Assembly: GCA_039096225.1 (NCBI GenBank)
Contig: JBBPEB010000015.1
Coordinates: 1,612,001 to 1,676,000 of the forward strand
Reading direction: 5' to 3'
Length of the DNA: 64,000 nt
Origin: Blastocystis sp. Blastoise
Lineage: Eukaryota; Protista; Bigyra: Opalinata
Position 1 is the first letter of the stretch, and every line of letters begins with the position of its first letter. Below the pieces are notes generated by a model that was not told the DNA's origin, made no database searches, and saw only the letters and a list, made by a program, of their open reading frames with translations. Positions 11,671 through 27,975 of the stretch are shown here, in pieces. A program made the translations under genes and the position numbers.

Positions 11671-14600
11671 TTAATTTTCTAATATTTCAACAGTACCTTT
11701 GCTTCCATCAACTCTCAATTTCATTCCTGTTTTAACTTTTTCCATAAGATGTTGTACATTAATAACGCAAGGAATACCTATTTCTCTAGCTACAATACAA
11801 CCATGAGTAAGAGGACCACCTATAGCAATAACAGCAGCAGAAGCAGGTACAAATAATGGAGTCCAACCAGGATCAGCAGCTTCAGCTACTAATATATCTC
11901 CTTTTTGTAAATGACCTTCTTTAGGGTCAGTAACAACTACGGCTCTTCCTTCAACTATACCTGCTGACGTAGGCATTCCTTTTAAGATGTTTTCAGGTAA
12001 ATTCTTTGTTTCATCTTTTGTTTTTTGAGAGACATTAATAATAGCAGTATAAGCAGAAGTAATATAACGAGGTGAACGAATAGTTTTAGCACGAATATAT
12101 ACTCGTTTTCTTTCAGTTATAATAGGTAGAATAGATGGAATATCAAGTTTATTTTGTTCATAATCACATAATTCATCGAGAGAGAAATGGAAAACATCAT
12201 CTCGTTCGGAAATAATACCTTCTTTTAACATTTTATCTGCTAATTTCAATATAACAATACGTTTTGAGATTAATGCAGAAACAACAAAATATTTAGGATG
12301 TTCTCTATACTCAAAAAGTACACGTGCTACAGGGAGATAATAACGGAGATTTGCAGCATCAGAAGGAGATATTTTAGAGCATAACTATATAAAGAAAGTT
12401 GTTGTGATTTTTATAATAAAAAAAAATATAGTTTATGTTGATTAGTTTTAGTATAGAGAGTATATATTATAAATTTGAATGTCTATATATAATACATATA
12501 TACTTCTTCTACGGCTTCATCTGCTTTTCTTTCCAGAGCATCCGGGGATTTTTCATTTATATCCGTAAATGAAGTATTAATAACCATCTGAATAATCAGG
12601 GATGGCTTTTCTTCATATCTATATAGTAGTATATATAATAGACAAAAAATATCATACTAATACTAAAAGAAGAATATTAATAATAAGTATAGTATAATAA
12701 TATAAAGTATAATAATAATTATTATTAATAATACATTCAACATACCTAGGAGTTTCAATCATAACTTCACCTGGTCCTCTTCTACCAAATATATCCATAA
12801 ATCCATTCCATTTTTCATAAAATTGTTTATGGGATGCAAGAGTAGATGAAGACAGAGAGGATATATATGTTTTTATCGTTTCTTCCTCTTCATTCTTTGA
12901 TAGTGTCTATATAAATATATATATGTATATATACAAGAATACTAATATTAAGTTGTTATACTAATTATAACAATATATATATACTAATAACTTCTCTGTG
13001 AATCCATTTTCTTCTTGATCACATTGATTTATAAGAGAATGTAATTCAGCAACTAAGAAATTCATCTTATTCGCGATATTCTCTCTTCGACCACTATAAA
13101 TAGCATCAAAATCGACTTCTTTCATTCCATATTTCTGTAACATTTCAACAATTTTCATTTGAGACATGACAGAAATAACAAATAAAGGTACTATTTTCTG
13201 AAGAGTATATAATTGTGTATAAGGATTTTTAAGTAAAGAAGAAAGAGTAATAGTATTATTAGGATTTGTTTTCAATTCTTTTATTAAATTATTATTATAA
13301 TCTAATATTTCATTTGATATACGTTTAACTTCATTATAAATATCTTCACTATTGTAATGTAAAAACCAGTAATAAACAATAGCTGAAGGGAAATAGCTCA
13401 CTACACCAGAAATCCATTTTTGAAACTGTTTTAAATCGATAGTAGATGAATAATAAGGAAGATCTGATTGTAAATATTCTTTTGAAATCTATAATAATAA
13501 TAATAATAATAATAATATATGTCATAATAATAATATATATCATAATAATAATAATAATAATATGTATATATATATATACATCAATAATTTCTGGATCTGC
13601 TATTCTTTCAAATACACTATAACACAATTTACGTATAATTGTGAAATATAACGCTCCTGCTGTTTCTGTAAATACATATCCACCTATATATCGAATCATT
13701 TGATAATCTTTAAACATAGACTCAACGTAACTACAGTAACTACAGTAAGTCCAAGGACAAGTTAACATTTGTAAATAATTATATCCAACATACGCATGAT
13801 ATTCAAGCTTAAAAGAAGAAGATAATGGATTTAAATCTATATATATTATTATTATAAGTAATATATATATATATATATATATACCATCAGGTATTTCTAA
13901 TAAAGTAGTAATAGGTCTTGCTTGAACTAAATAGATTTGATCTTTATATATACAAAACTCCATATCCATCGGTTTTCCATAATATTTCTCAACATCAACT
14001 GAATACTGACTTATTTTATATATCTATACAAAAAATATATATATTAATAATTATATACAGAATAATAATAATAATAAATAAAAACCTACTTCTTCTTCAG
14101 TAAAACAGGGTTTCTTTCCTTCCTCACCCAATTCCCTCTTTTCTGTACCTCCTTCTTTCTTTGTATATAAAGCATATTGTTGAGTATTAATAATACTTTC
14201 AACAATCTTTAATTCTGTCTTATTATAAGAAACAGGGAAATGTTTACGAATAGACCAATGATCTGTACTTACCATTCCACTTACTAAAGCTTCACCTAAT
14301 CCTAAAACTCCATCTAAAGAAATATGTTCTCGAGAACTTGTTTCAGGATCACAGGAAAATATAACACCAGACTTTTGAGAGGGTACCATTCTTTGAACTA
14401 CAACAGCAATAGAGGAATCAATAATAGGGAAATGTTTTTCATATCGATACAGAATTGCACGAGGAGTATATAATGATGCCCAACATTCAATAACAGCCTT
14501 TTCAATTGCATCCATTTCAATAGGCACATTAATAATAGTATCATGCATACCAGCAAAAGAAGCATCTCCAAGATCCTCAGTTGTTGCAGAAGAACGAATT

Positions 14601-14985
14601 GCAACGAAATTGATGTCAAATAACGGATTATTCTTCATCTTTAGAATATATGCTTTTATATCATCCAAGTATTCATCAGGAAATGGACTTTTTCTAAATA
14701 ACGCAATGATTTCTTCACTAATATCTTCAGCATCTTGAAGGGAAAAAGTAGTACGTAAGTGAACGTCCTTATATTTCTCAGTCAAACAAAGCTTTGATTC
14801 AAAAGCTCTATAGCCTTCAGTGGTTATAATAAAGCCTCCAGGAACAGGAAAGCCACCTTTTGTTAATTTTACCAATGAATACCCTTTACCACCAAGTGTC
14901 TCAACATCACAACTTCCAACAGGATTGGATATCTATATATTGTTATAGTGATTATCTATAAACATACACTTTCTAAATATAACAT
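11671..14985 (-). CDS. Rifampicin phosphotransferase (RPH)-like/PEP-utilising dikinase family enzyme; 8 exons
   Basis: N-terminal ATP-grasp (GGKG, VPGGF, AIRSSATTEDL..ASFAGMHDT, VQARPIT), central FGRRGPGE..IETPRYEEKP and YREHPKY, C-terminal DPGWTPLF...GGPLTHG.IVAREIGIP swivel domain; no PEP/pyruvate-binding TIM barrel. Confidence 0.85.
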
Positions 14986-15142
14986 TAGTTTAGATAAAAA
15001 CAAAGAAAATCTAATGTAAATTAATTATGAATCCATTTCGATTTTTATTCAAACAGAACACCAAAAAACAAAAGTTAATTGTTGAAAAAAGAATTCTAAA
15101 GAATCCTCTTCCAGTTTATTGACTGTCATGTGGCGTTTTTTG

Positions 15143-15174
15143 ATTGGATATTCAGATTTGTTTCCATGACGTCA
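15143..15174. promoter_or_regulatory. CCAAT box (ATTGG) plus palindromic CRE/ATF-type site TGACGTCA in a divergent promoter
   Basis: Motifs at 15143-15147 and 15167-15174, about 160-190 bp upstream of the RPH-like ATG; function inferred. Confidence 0.35.
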
Positions 15175-15667
15175 CGAGAAGAATTCTATTGAAACAGACG
15201 TGTGTTGTATCAACACTTTTTGTAGTATTTTTTATATAATAATGGCAAAAAAAAAGTAATGTTATTCTGAATAAGTTAGTTAAATATTTCTGAATATTGT
15301 ACATAAGTTATCATGTACTTTAAACCATTAATGGACTTATATATATATTTTAAAGTAATTCAAGACTATTTCATGAATAATTGAAAGTATTTTTCATCAA
15401 TACAATATCCATTCTTCTTGTGAATGCTAAATATACTTAGATATAGATGATAATGTTTTCATTTCTTTCAAATGTTTCAATGTTGGCATAGTTATAATTA
15501 ATAATGTCACCACTAAACTGATAGAATGGTATATTTTTTATATACGCATAATAAAAAAGAGTTACTAAGATTTTAATAAATAAAACGACAAAAACCCTCC
15601 AAATCTATATAGTTTTTTGTTGTTCTGAGTCAAATAAGAATGATGGTTCCTTATTTCTTTATTAACT

Positions 15668-16128
15668 ATGAATGACACAGAGACTGAGTATTCATTGGGT
15701 GAATTCCTAGAACGTGTTGAAACCATTAATTCAAATTGTCGAGAATCATCTAAAGAGATTGATAGTCTTGATTTGAGAATAAAAGAGTTAAAGAGTGAAA
15801 TCATTGAAAAACAATCAGTATGTCCAACAATAATTAATTATTTAAACAGTATTTGAAATTGATTTCTATAGGTATTAACAAATACAAATCGAGAAATAGA
15901 ACAAAAACAGAAGATTAATACTCAGGATGAAAACTATGTTTTTGTTAATTCAGAAATCGAGTAATAAATATAAGCATATGATAAATAATAATATAGAGGT
16001 CTCACCACACTAATAGTAGAACTTAAGAATACTCTGTCAAGTGTATGATAATCATTTATTTAATAGAAGTAAATATATAGAAAGAAGAATTACAAAAGCA
16101 GTTTCAAGATAAAAATGATTCTATACAG

Positions 16129-16160
<32 letters not shown>

Positions 16161-16722
16161 TTTTTAGAAATTTGTATTTCTATTTATATATAATAGTAAT
16201 GAATTTATAAATCAATGTAAACAGATTTCATCATTATATAATCAAAAAGAAGAACTTTGTCGTGTCCAAGAAGAGTTTTATATTGATTCAATTCAGAATG
16301 AAATAGAGAAAAGAAAGGATAATGTATATATAGAAGTATATAAAGTAATAATGACAATATGTTATATAGTGTTTAGAATATAAAAAGAATTATTTGGATA
16401 TTGATAAAAGTATAGAACAGATGAATATTATTATTAATCAATATAAGAATAAAATAGAGAATTTATCAAGTCAATCACGTATTTAAAAAATATATACTAT
16501 ATTATATAGAATATATATAGAATGTATAAATAATACTAAGCAGACAGAAATTGATTTATTAAAAACAAAAGTTGATCAACTTCAACATGAATTAGATGTA
16601 CAACAACAATTATTTATTGTATGATTATTTTTATAAGTACATTTAATAGTTTAATATAGAACAAGGAAATTGTAATTCATAATTTAGAAACAAAACGAAA
16701 TGAGTTATTATCCCAGATTTAG
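15668..16722 (+). CDS. Coiled-coil protein of unknown function; 7 exons
   Basis: Canonical introns join an E/K/Q-rich helical ORF ending ELLSQI*. Confidence 0.7.
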
Positions 16723-16913
16723 TATACTTTAATGTATATTTTATAGTTCAAGTCATTGAAATGTTTTGTTGATATAATTTTTATATTCATTTACATATAA
16801 TAAAAAGAACAAAACATAAAATGTTACAACAATCCCAAAAAACATCAAATAAAATAAATTTTTAAAAATTAAACAATTATATAATATAAATATTTTTGAA
16901 GAAATAAATGACA

Positions 16914-17946
16914 TTAATTTCCTTTAGTAGACTCTATATATGGTTTCTTTTGAGATTTATTTGTCCATGAAGAAGATTTATTTTTATACTTTTGAGATTT
17001 TTTCTGATATTGTTTTGATGGATAATTTGAATCCTCATATTTTGTATATGTAGAAGTACCATTAGAAGAAGTATTATTATTAGTAGTAGTAATAGGAGTA
17101 AAAGTTGTAGAAGAAGAAATAGAAGATGATGATGATGATTGTGATGACATATTTGATGACATATCATTTGATTTATTAGCTGTTGATATTATAGAATTAT
17201 CATTTTTATTATTTGTTTTATATATATAATTGTCATTCTTATTATACTTATTATATTTTCTATTTTGTTTGTTTTTCGTATATTTATCATTTGATTTTAC
17301 ATAATTTGTATTTTGTTTAATAAAATAATCGCTATTACCTCTAAATAAACTGTTATTCACATGTATTGATGGATATTGTTTTAGAATGGATTCTAATTTT
17401 GTATTTTGATTATTATATGCATAGAAAGAAGCAATATAGACGATAAGTTCATTAGGGAGTGAAGAAGGAGAATTATTATTATTAAGAATAGTTTTATTAT
17501 TCTTATTGTTATCAGTAGTAGAAATATTACTATTACTTGTAGTACTACTATTATGATCAGAATTATTAGTATTAGAAGAAGAAGAAGAAGAAGAAGAAGA
17601 AGAAGGAATGAAAGTATTAATAAATATATCACTATCCTTTACATTATTATTATATATGAAAGAAGACAAACAGAATAAGACACCTGGTAAATAGATTTGC
17701 TATAAAACAAAAAAAAACTAGTATGTATTATTATAAAAAGAATTCATATTAATAGAATAAAATTATATAATAATAATAAAAAATATTTATTATTCTTATA
17801 TATATACTTTATAATTTGAATAGAATAGAGTAGTAAGAGTTATTAAATTGATATATTCCCGTGAATTTATATAATAATTAGAAAGAGTTTGAAGGAATGA
17901 TATAGGAGGAATTCTTGAATATGTATTCTCAATAGAAGATATTACC

Positions 17947-17977
<31 letters not shown>

Positions 17978-18422
17978 TGAATTGAAATATAGATAGAAAA
18001 AGAAATGCTATATATAACAATATCATATATATTCTATATATACACTAGTTAATGAATTATTAAGGAAAGGACAGAAACTTATCATTTTTATATATAATTC
18101 ATGATTATTTTTTCCTTTAGAAGCAGAAACTGTTAAGTTTTGATTGGAATAGTATTCCCAAATAAGTGAACGGAAGTTCTATAGATATAGAGATAAACCA
18201 TTTCATAATATAATGAAATCATATACATATATATAACTATTATTTACATAAGTTTATGAATAATACTATTATATATATATACAAATGATAATTCTTTAGG
18301 TTTATAGTTTTGAACAATATAATTAGGAAATGACACATTACTATTCTTTGAAAGAGAAGAATCACTAATTACATTGAAGAACTTTTTATATACATCTCTC
18401 TATATAGAAAAGAGAATAAATA

Positions 18423-18464
<42 letters not shown>

Positions 18465-21101
18465 ATATGAAGATAATTAGTATTTAAAAACATAGTTATA
18501 TATTCAATAAACCCAAATAATGAAATAATATAGATTATATAATATATATACTGAGTCTCGTTTGCAGAGCATATCGATGACTTCTTTAAATCCTGAATAC
18601 ACAAATGAATAAATAGACTCATAAGGGCTTTGACATATATTAGTAACAGTAGCCATCAACATCTTCTCATCACGTGAATATAAGGAACACTATAATATAA
18701 TTAGTAAGATATCATGATATGTAATGAATTTTCAAGATAAAAAGGGTATTCAATTATATAGATATACTTTCATAACATCAATTTTAATTTTTTCATCTGT
18801 ATGTATATTTCTACTATTCTTAATATAATACTGAATTCCTTCAATATATTTTTTATTCTTTAAGAATCCATCAAATATAATATGATAAATATCACTATCA
18901 ACAGAATTCTATAAAGAAGATCAAAAAGAGTATTTACAACATATAAAAAAAACTATTATTATATAATAAATAATCATATATATACCTTATCTTTTTCCAT
19001 ATCTGCAATAACACGTGGGAAGAAGGTCATCGAAGGTTCTAAAAGAAGTGGAAGCATGTGGACATAGAGAGATCGTGTTCTATCAATGGGTGCTGTTATA
19101 AAATCTAAATAAATATCCGTAACTGCAGAAAACGGCATTGGATTTCGTTTCAAAATCTATATATATATATATATAAAATAGCAATAAATGAAATGAAAAA
19201 TACATATATAACTATACTAATTATATTTAAAAATTTAAAAGAATATATATATACATTAAATAAGCTGGTAAAAATAATAGGAGAAGGAGTAATTTGATTG
19301 TTTTTCATCTTTTTATATAGATCAAGAGTATCTGTAATATGAGGACCAGAAGACGTGGCACAGGAGGAAAATACACGCTGGAAATAGGAGAGATAAAATA
19401 AAAAATATATATAAAGAAAATTTTTAAAAAAAACTAATAAATAAATAAATAAAATAAATAAATAAGATAAATAAATAAATAATAAATAAATAAAAAAATA
19501 AATATATAATATATACTTCATAGAGTTCTTGTGTTAGACTGATATGGCACGTGCCAATAGATAAGAGAAGTGCGTCATAATCACTTGAGGACAGAGAAGA
19601 AGAAGTGTAAAACTATTTGAAATAATAATATATTTTATTATATATATTATGAACTTTAAATAGAGACATCTTTTTATATCAATTGAATAAATATATATGT
19701 TAAATAGTAGATTTGAAGAAATAGATTATAAATAATAAATATATACACGAGATAAGAATGAAGAGAAGAGAATAGATTGATATTTATCATTAATTTCTTT
19801 AGAAGAGGAGACAGAATAGTCAGTAATATAATCAAATGCCTCTTTCCATTGGTTGTTTGACACAAATGAGCGAATAGAATAGAGAGCGTAAGGGAAATCT
19901 TTTTGAGAAGAAAGAGAAGAAGGAAGAGGAAGACCTCTATATATGTATATAGAAAATATTATATATATATATATATATAATATAAATAAAAAAAAATAAA
20001 TCATATATTCACTAAAATGTATTCAATAATTATTGTTTCTAAATTCAATAAATTAGCTAAAACAATAATATAATAAATATATACTTATAAACATTATTAA
20101 TAGCTTCTTCTATCTTATATATTCTATTCATATCTTCTATATGAATATGTAAGGATGATAATTTTTTATAGAAATTCAAAATATCTTCACTTTTTCCTTC
20201 TTTTAAACAACTATCAAAACTCTTTAAATAATTATCAACAGAAACACCAGAATTCTCAATATGAAGGCAACTATATATTTCTGGAGGAATCTCTTCGTTA
20301 CTACGATAATAATAATCTAATATTTGTACGGATAATGAAACAGGAATAAACATAGAATAAGATTTCATATTTAATAATGTTTTCTGAACATCTTTCCATT
20401 GTCCATTCTTAAGTAAAAGAAATAAAAGTAAAGTATATGAAGTAGTTGAAGGAGATCGTCCACTTTCACATATACGATCTACTAACTGTTGAGCATTCTT
20501 ATAGGAATTTGTTACATCGTAAATCTTTAATAACATATTACACAAATAAGAATTATAATTGCCTGATTGTTGAGATTGATACATATTAAATATCTTTTCA
20601 GCCGATTCACAATCTTTTAATTGATAAAAAACATCTAACGATGCTGAACACATCTCATAATCTAAATAAATATTATGTCTTCCAGCACTTTGAATCAATT
20701 TCTCAACATCTTTCGAATCTTTACATTGACGAATAACTTGAGCGTACTCACTAGATTTATATGGAATCAACGTATCATCCATTATACGAAGCACATCACT
20801 TACATCCTTTTGTTTCATCATATCAATTAATGTCTCTACAGGTGCATACAAACTCAGAGAACCTTTCATTTTGAAAGTTCAACAAAAAGAATGATTCGTA
20901 CCTAGAATATTCACTGAGTCCGAGGTAAGATGAATTCCTAATAAACTCTTTGTCATGAGAGATCGTTCCAACTCTAGTGGTTTACATAGTTGACTTGCCA
21001 ATCGTGTTACTTTCTTGGAAGACTAAAAAGTAATATATATATCTAGCTAATATAAGTTGATTATATCATACTTTTGATATCGATTTACAGAATGATAGCA
21101 T
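16914..21101 (-). CDS. Pentatricopeptide-repeat (PPR) protein, probably mitochondrion-targeted
   Basis: PPR motifs PSTTSYTLLL, MK.NQITPSPIIFTSLFN, YNSYLCNMLL; basic S/K/R-rich N-terminus; low-complexity C-terminus. Confidence 0.75.
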
Positions 21102-21333
21102 ATTTCTCGAGTAACAACAGACACAATAAATACACAAAAAAGTATAAATCATGAAAAAGCTAGAAAAGTGACTACAAAAACAAAAAGTTCATTTCCATAA
21201 AATTTTATTCTCTCAACACCTATTTTCTTCGTATAGTATCGATCTATTGTTATTAGTATTTTTTCTTGCATCAAACTAAGATAATCATTTGATTCGTGTG
21301 TATTAGAAGTTTTTACAAAAATATAATTTGTTG

Positions 21334-21642
21334 ATGAATTCTTTGTCACAATATAAAACTCGAATCGATAGTGAAAATGATTCAGATTATCCGATGAAGA
21401 TATTACCTACAACAATGATAAAATTATGTTATGTTTGCAAAGGACGATATCAGAATCTTTCATCACTATGTGTGTGTTATTCTTGTGGTCATGAAGTTTG
21501 TGAGAATTGTGCACGACAATGTGATAACTGTAAGGAGCAATTTTGTTGTGTTTGTGCAAATTATAATTATGATGAAAAGTTTGATCAGATTCTTTGTTTA
21601 GATTGTGAAAGGGAATATAAAAATGAGCAAAACAAAAATTAA
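21334..21642 (+). CDS. SIVA-like cysteine-rich zinc-finger protein (intronless)
   Basis: CxxC...CYSCGHEVCENCARQCDNCKEQFCCVC...Y....DQILCLDC matches the SIVA C-terminal Cys pattern. Confidence 0.65.
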   Translation: MNSLSQYKTRIDSENDSDYPMKILPTTMIKLCYVCKGRYQNLSSLCVCYSCGHEVCENCARQCDNCKEQFCCVCANYNYDEKFDQILCLDCEREYKNEQNKN

Positions 21643-21806
21643 TATTTATATATACAATTAGCTATTGAAATTTTTCCACTTTTCTTTTTCATGTTTTATT
21701 ATATGTTTCAACATATATATATTATTATTTAATTTGTTGTTTTTATTTTATTTTGTTTTTTATTTTATTTATTGTTTTTTATTTATATTATCAAGACTAT
21801 ATGGTA

Positions 21807-23879
<2,073 letters not shown>

Positions 23880-24216
23880 GTATCATATATTTATAGTTAA
23901 TTAAGTTTTAAATGGCGTATTTAATAATATTTTTAAAAATGAAAAAAAGTATTCAAAAGCTCAGTTTTAAAAAAATGACTCCTTATTCTCTACATGAAAT
24001 AAACAGATTTAAAATAAATTACACCATGAGTCATGAAACATAAAAAGAAAAGCAACATTATAAGAAAGAAAAAAAAATAATTAAATTTAACATAGAAAAA
24101 TGGAAAATGGGAAAAAAAAGAAAGACAAAAAATATAAATCACCTTTAAAATACATATATCACAGCATGTATTATATCAATAATTACCAATAAAACATTCA
24201 CACAAAGATGAAACCA

Positions 24217-24523
24217 TTAACTACGAAATTCTTTCAATAATTTCTAGAAATAAGATATTTACATAAAAGAAACTGGATATAAGTATACCTTTGCTGCCTT
24301 TCGAATATGATCTGGTTGAATTGTTGTAGATTTGTCGAGACGAGCAAACTGATCAGCTTCTTGAGCTAATTTTTTCATAAAGATCAGGTAATCCAAATAT
24401 ATCTATACTTATATATTGATAAATTATAAGATATACCGCAGTAACAGTAGAATTATTGATTCGAATAGAAGAGTTGTCCTTCTTCATTAATCTTTTTATA
24501 GACTGTTTAGGACACTTGGGCAT
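24217..24523 (-). CDS. CENPW: CENP-W-like histone-fold kinetochore protein; 3 exons, absent from the ORF track
   Basis: MPKCPKQSIKRLMKKDNSSIRINNSTVTA|IYLDYLIFMKKLAQEADQFARLDKSTTIQPDHIRKAAK|KLLKEFRS*. Confidence 0.75.
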
Positions 24524-24991
24524 TGTCAGAGAATAAAAATGTATTAAGAGATAACAATAAATCTAAAAATGTGAAAAAGAATTTTTTTTAATAATAATTT
24601 CAGAAAGAATCAGTCAGTTTTGTTTTCACTTTTATAGATGGCATAGAGTTCTATATGCCTTCCTTTTTGTTTATTTACATATGAAATGAGTCTATTTTTC
24701 AATGTTTACGATTTTTTTTATATGTTTATGTACAAAAGAGAATATAATTTGTCATTTCTCATTTTATTATTAAAGAACCATAGTTTTAAAATAAGTTGCG
24801 TTAGGTCTATAAAAAAGAAATAAATGTAATACTCTAAATAAAACAGTAAATACAATGTAAAAGACTGTGTAACAAAGCAAATTTTTTTTAAGATTCTTTT
24901 AGATTTTTCCAGTTCATTTCTTCATTTATGTATATGAAGGGATCTGTGATATACTCTTTTGTAAATGTTTCTCTTTATAAAAATAAAATAA

Positions 24992-25614
24992 ATGCTACAA
25001 TCAATTGTCCATAAGTCAAATATCCTGTCTTCATTAAGACATTTCTCTGTGAAAAGAGATTTATGTCATCCAAATCCTTATAAAAAAGTTAATCTTTGCA
25101 CACCATTAGAAGCTATCAAACTTATTCGAAGTGATTCAAGAGTATAGTGTTTTATTTTGTTCTTTATACTAACAGTAAACTTAGGTTTATATTCATACAG
25201 CAGCAAATACACCTCAGATTCTACTTCGTCATTTAGTTAGTGTATAAAGATTTATTCTAATTGTTATTCTTATCATTCTTTTATTATTTAGTCCAGTAAA
25301 GAAAGACATTTAGCAAATGTAAATATCATTCATATGATGACTTTCGAAGACGCTTTATATAATCAACCTGGTATATATAGCGTTATTTATATTTATTATT
25401 ATATTCTTTTTATTGATTTATATTATTATGTTTATTATTATATATATAGAATATAAAGGTGTGTTCACCAATTCAAATTTATTTATTTCTGATAATACGC
25501 GACCTTATGTTCAATCTGGAACTGCAGATTATGTATATTCATATTATATATATATATTATATATATATTTAATATGGTTTTTAAAAAATGAAATCACTTT
25601 TGATAGTGTAATAA

Positions 25615-25664
<50 letters not shown>

Positions 25665-26182
25665 TACCCTGTATGCTTCATTTGATTCCCTCTCTTTTCG
25701 AGCAAGATATTATTCATATTAATACCGCGATTATTTCTGTATCACCTCCAGGTATATTAATAGTACCGTCTGTGTCATATTCTATTATTTCATACATTCC
25801 TTATGAATCAATATATAACTATATGAACAATTATTTTTCGTTATTCATAATTGATAATTATTTATTTTTATAATTTATTTTACCTATAAAATAATAGTAT
25901 ATATATTTATTTCATTCAGATTCCCACGGTATTTGTACATTAGGAGCTTCTTGCGAATCCATGCCCACAATCCTAAAATACTGTGATGTATATATATATA
26001 TATATATATATATTCACTATTTCTTATTTATTTCTACATCTATTCCTCCTTGATTATAGCATATAATTGCGGAGATAAATCCATATGTTCCTCGAACATT
26101 TGGAGATGTGAATATACATATTAATAATATCGATAGAGCAGTTTGTGTCAACAATCCACTACCTATATACAATGCTTCTGAT

Positions 26183-26250
<68 letters not shown>

Positions 26251-27730
26251 TTTTTATTGTAATATATATTTTATTACCATTTTATATGTCGCTATATATT
26301 TTGTAGTATATGTTTTATTATATTATTTCGTATATATCTGATTCTTATTCATATATTTGTATATACTTTAATACTATTATTAATAAGCAGTACATATATA
26401 TATATATATATATAGAGCCAGATGTTATTTCTCTTACAATAGGTAAAATTATTGCAGAGAATTTTATTCAGAATGGTTCTGTATTACAAGTATATATATA
26501 TATAAAGATAATATTATTATCCTATGTACAAAATATTATAAACTATTCTATAATAGTTTATTATTTCTATACCATTATTCAACTATAAGTATATTATTCT
26601 AGATAGGAATTGGGTCTATTCCTAATGCTGTATATACATATTTAGATCAATTTCAAGATATAAGTATATATACTGAAATGTTCTCTGATCTCCTTCTTCC
26701 TCTTCTCTCCAAAGGTATTATCACCAACTCTAAAGTATATTTATATAATAAATTGTTATGATCACAATAACATAATTCCATAATTCAGAAATAATATGAT
26801 ATAATATATAATATAATATATAATATATAATATAATATAAAATAATAATATATTATAGAGTATTAATCCAGGGAAAGTAACAGCATCGTTTGCCATGGGA
26901 AGTGATAAACTGTATTATATATATATAGATATATATAGATATATATATAATATATATAGATATGATTATATTCATAAGAATCCATTATTTTTATTTCAAG
27001 AACAATCAGTGACTAACGATCCTATTAATATCATGAAAGTATATATATATATATATATATAGAATTCTTATTATTCTTTCTTTCATCAAATATATAATAT
27101 TTATATTTTTTAATAAACTGTATCTATATATATATTTATACTCATCTCTCATGCTATTCACTTATATATATAGCATGATCATATGGTATCTATAAATACA
27201 TGTATTGAAATAGACCTTACAGGTCAAATAGTAAGTGATTCTATAGGAGTAAAACCATATTCCGGATTTGGAGGACAAGTTGATTTCTTATATGGTGCCC
27301 TCCGAAGCCCTCATGGCGCGCCAATTATTGCTTTTCCATCAACAACAAAGAAAGGAAAAAGTAAAATTGTTGGTCTATTAACACCAGGAGCAGGTGTAGT
27401 TACAACAAGAGCTCTTGCAAGGTATTTATATATATGTATATTTATTTATATTTTTATTTATATATTTTATTCAAGAGTCAATATATATTGAAACAGTTAT
27501 ATTTATTATAATATATATATATATTTAAACATATTATTATACATTTACAAAAACACTATTCAGTCAATTATTATTTTATATATAGATATATAGTAACAGA
27601 ATATGGATGTGTTGATCTCTTTGGTAAAGACTTACGAGAAAGAGCTAAATTATTAATTAGTATTGCACACCCAAATCATAGGGATCAACTAACAAAAATC
27701 GCTAGAGAACAACTTTTACTTCAAATATAA
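24992..27730 (+). CDS. Acetyl-CoA hydrolase/transferase family; acetate:succinate CoA-transferase subfamily 1B-like, with a mitochondrial-type presequence
   Basis: LQIGIGSIPNAV, YTEMFSD, SINTCIEIDLTGQIVSDSIG..YSGFGGQVDF, YIVTEYG, LISIAHP. Confidence 0.88.
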
Positions 27731-27975
27731 CTCTTTCTTTAATTATTATTATTAGAATTGTCAATTAATGGAACTATATATTTTATTTAGTTGCTTTTAT
27801 TTTAAGTCAAATATAAAAACAACAAATCATCAAGAAAAAAATGTCATTTTATTTTTAATAAAGCACAAAACAAATAAGCAGTATAACAATTCAAGTCATT
27901 TGAAAGCGTAATAAAAGAATACAAAGATTAATAATTTATATATATTTCTTATTTTATGATACAATAATAAGTCGT

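Noticed and set aside
11671-14985. Annotation as ordinary PEP synthase or PPDK
   Set aside because: The His-swivel domain is C-terminal and the PEP/pyruvate-binding barrel is absent.
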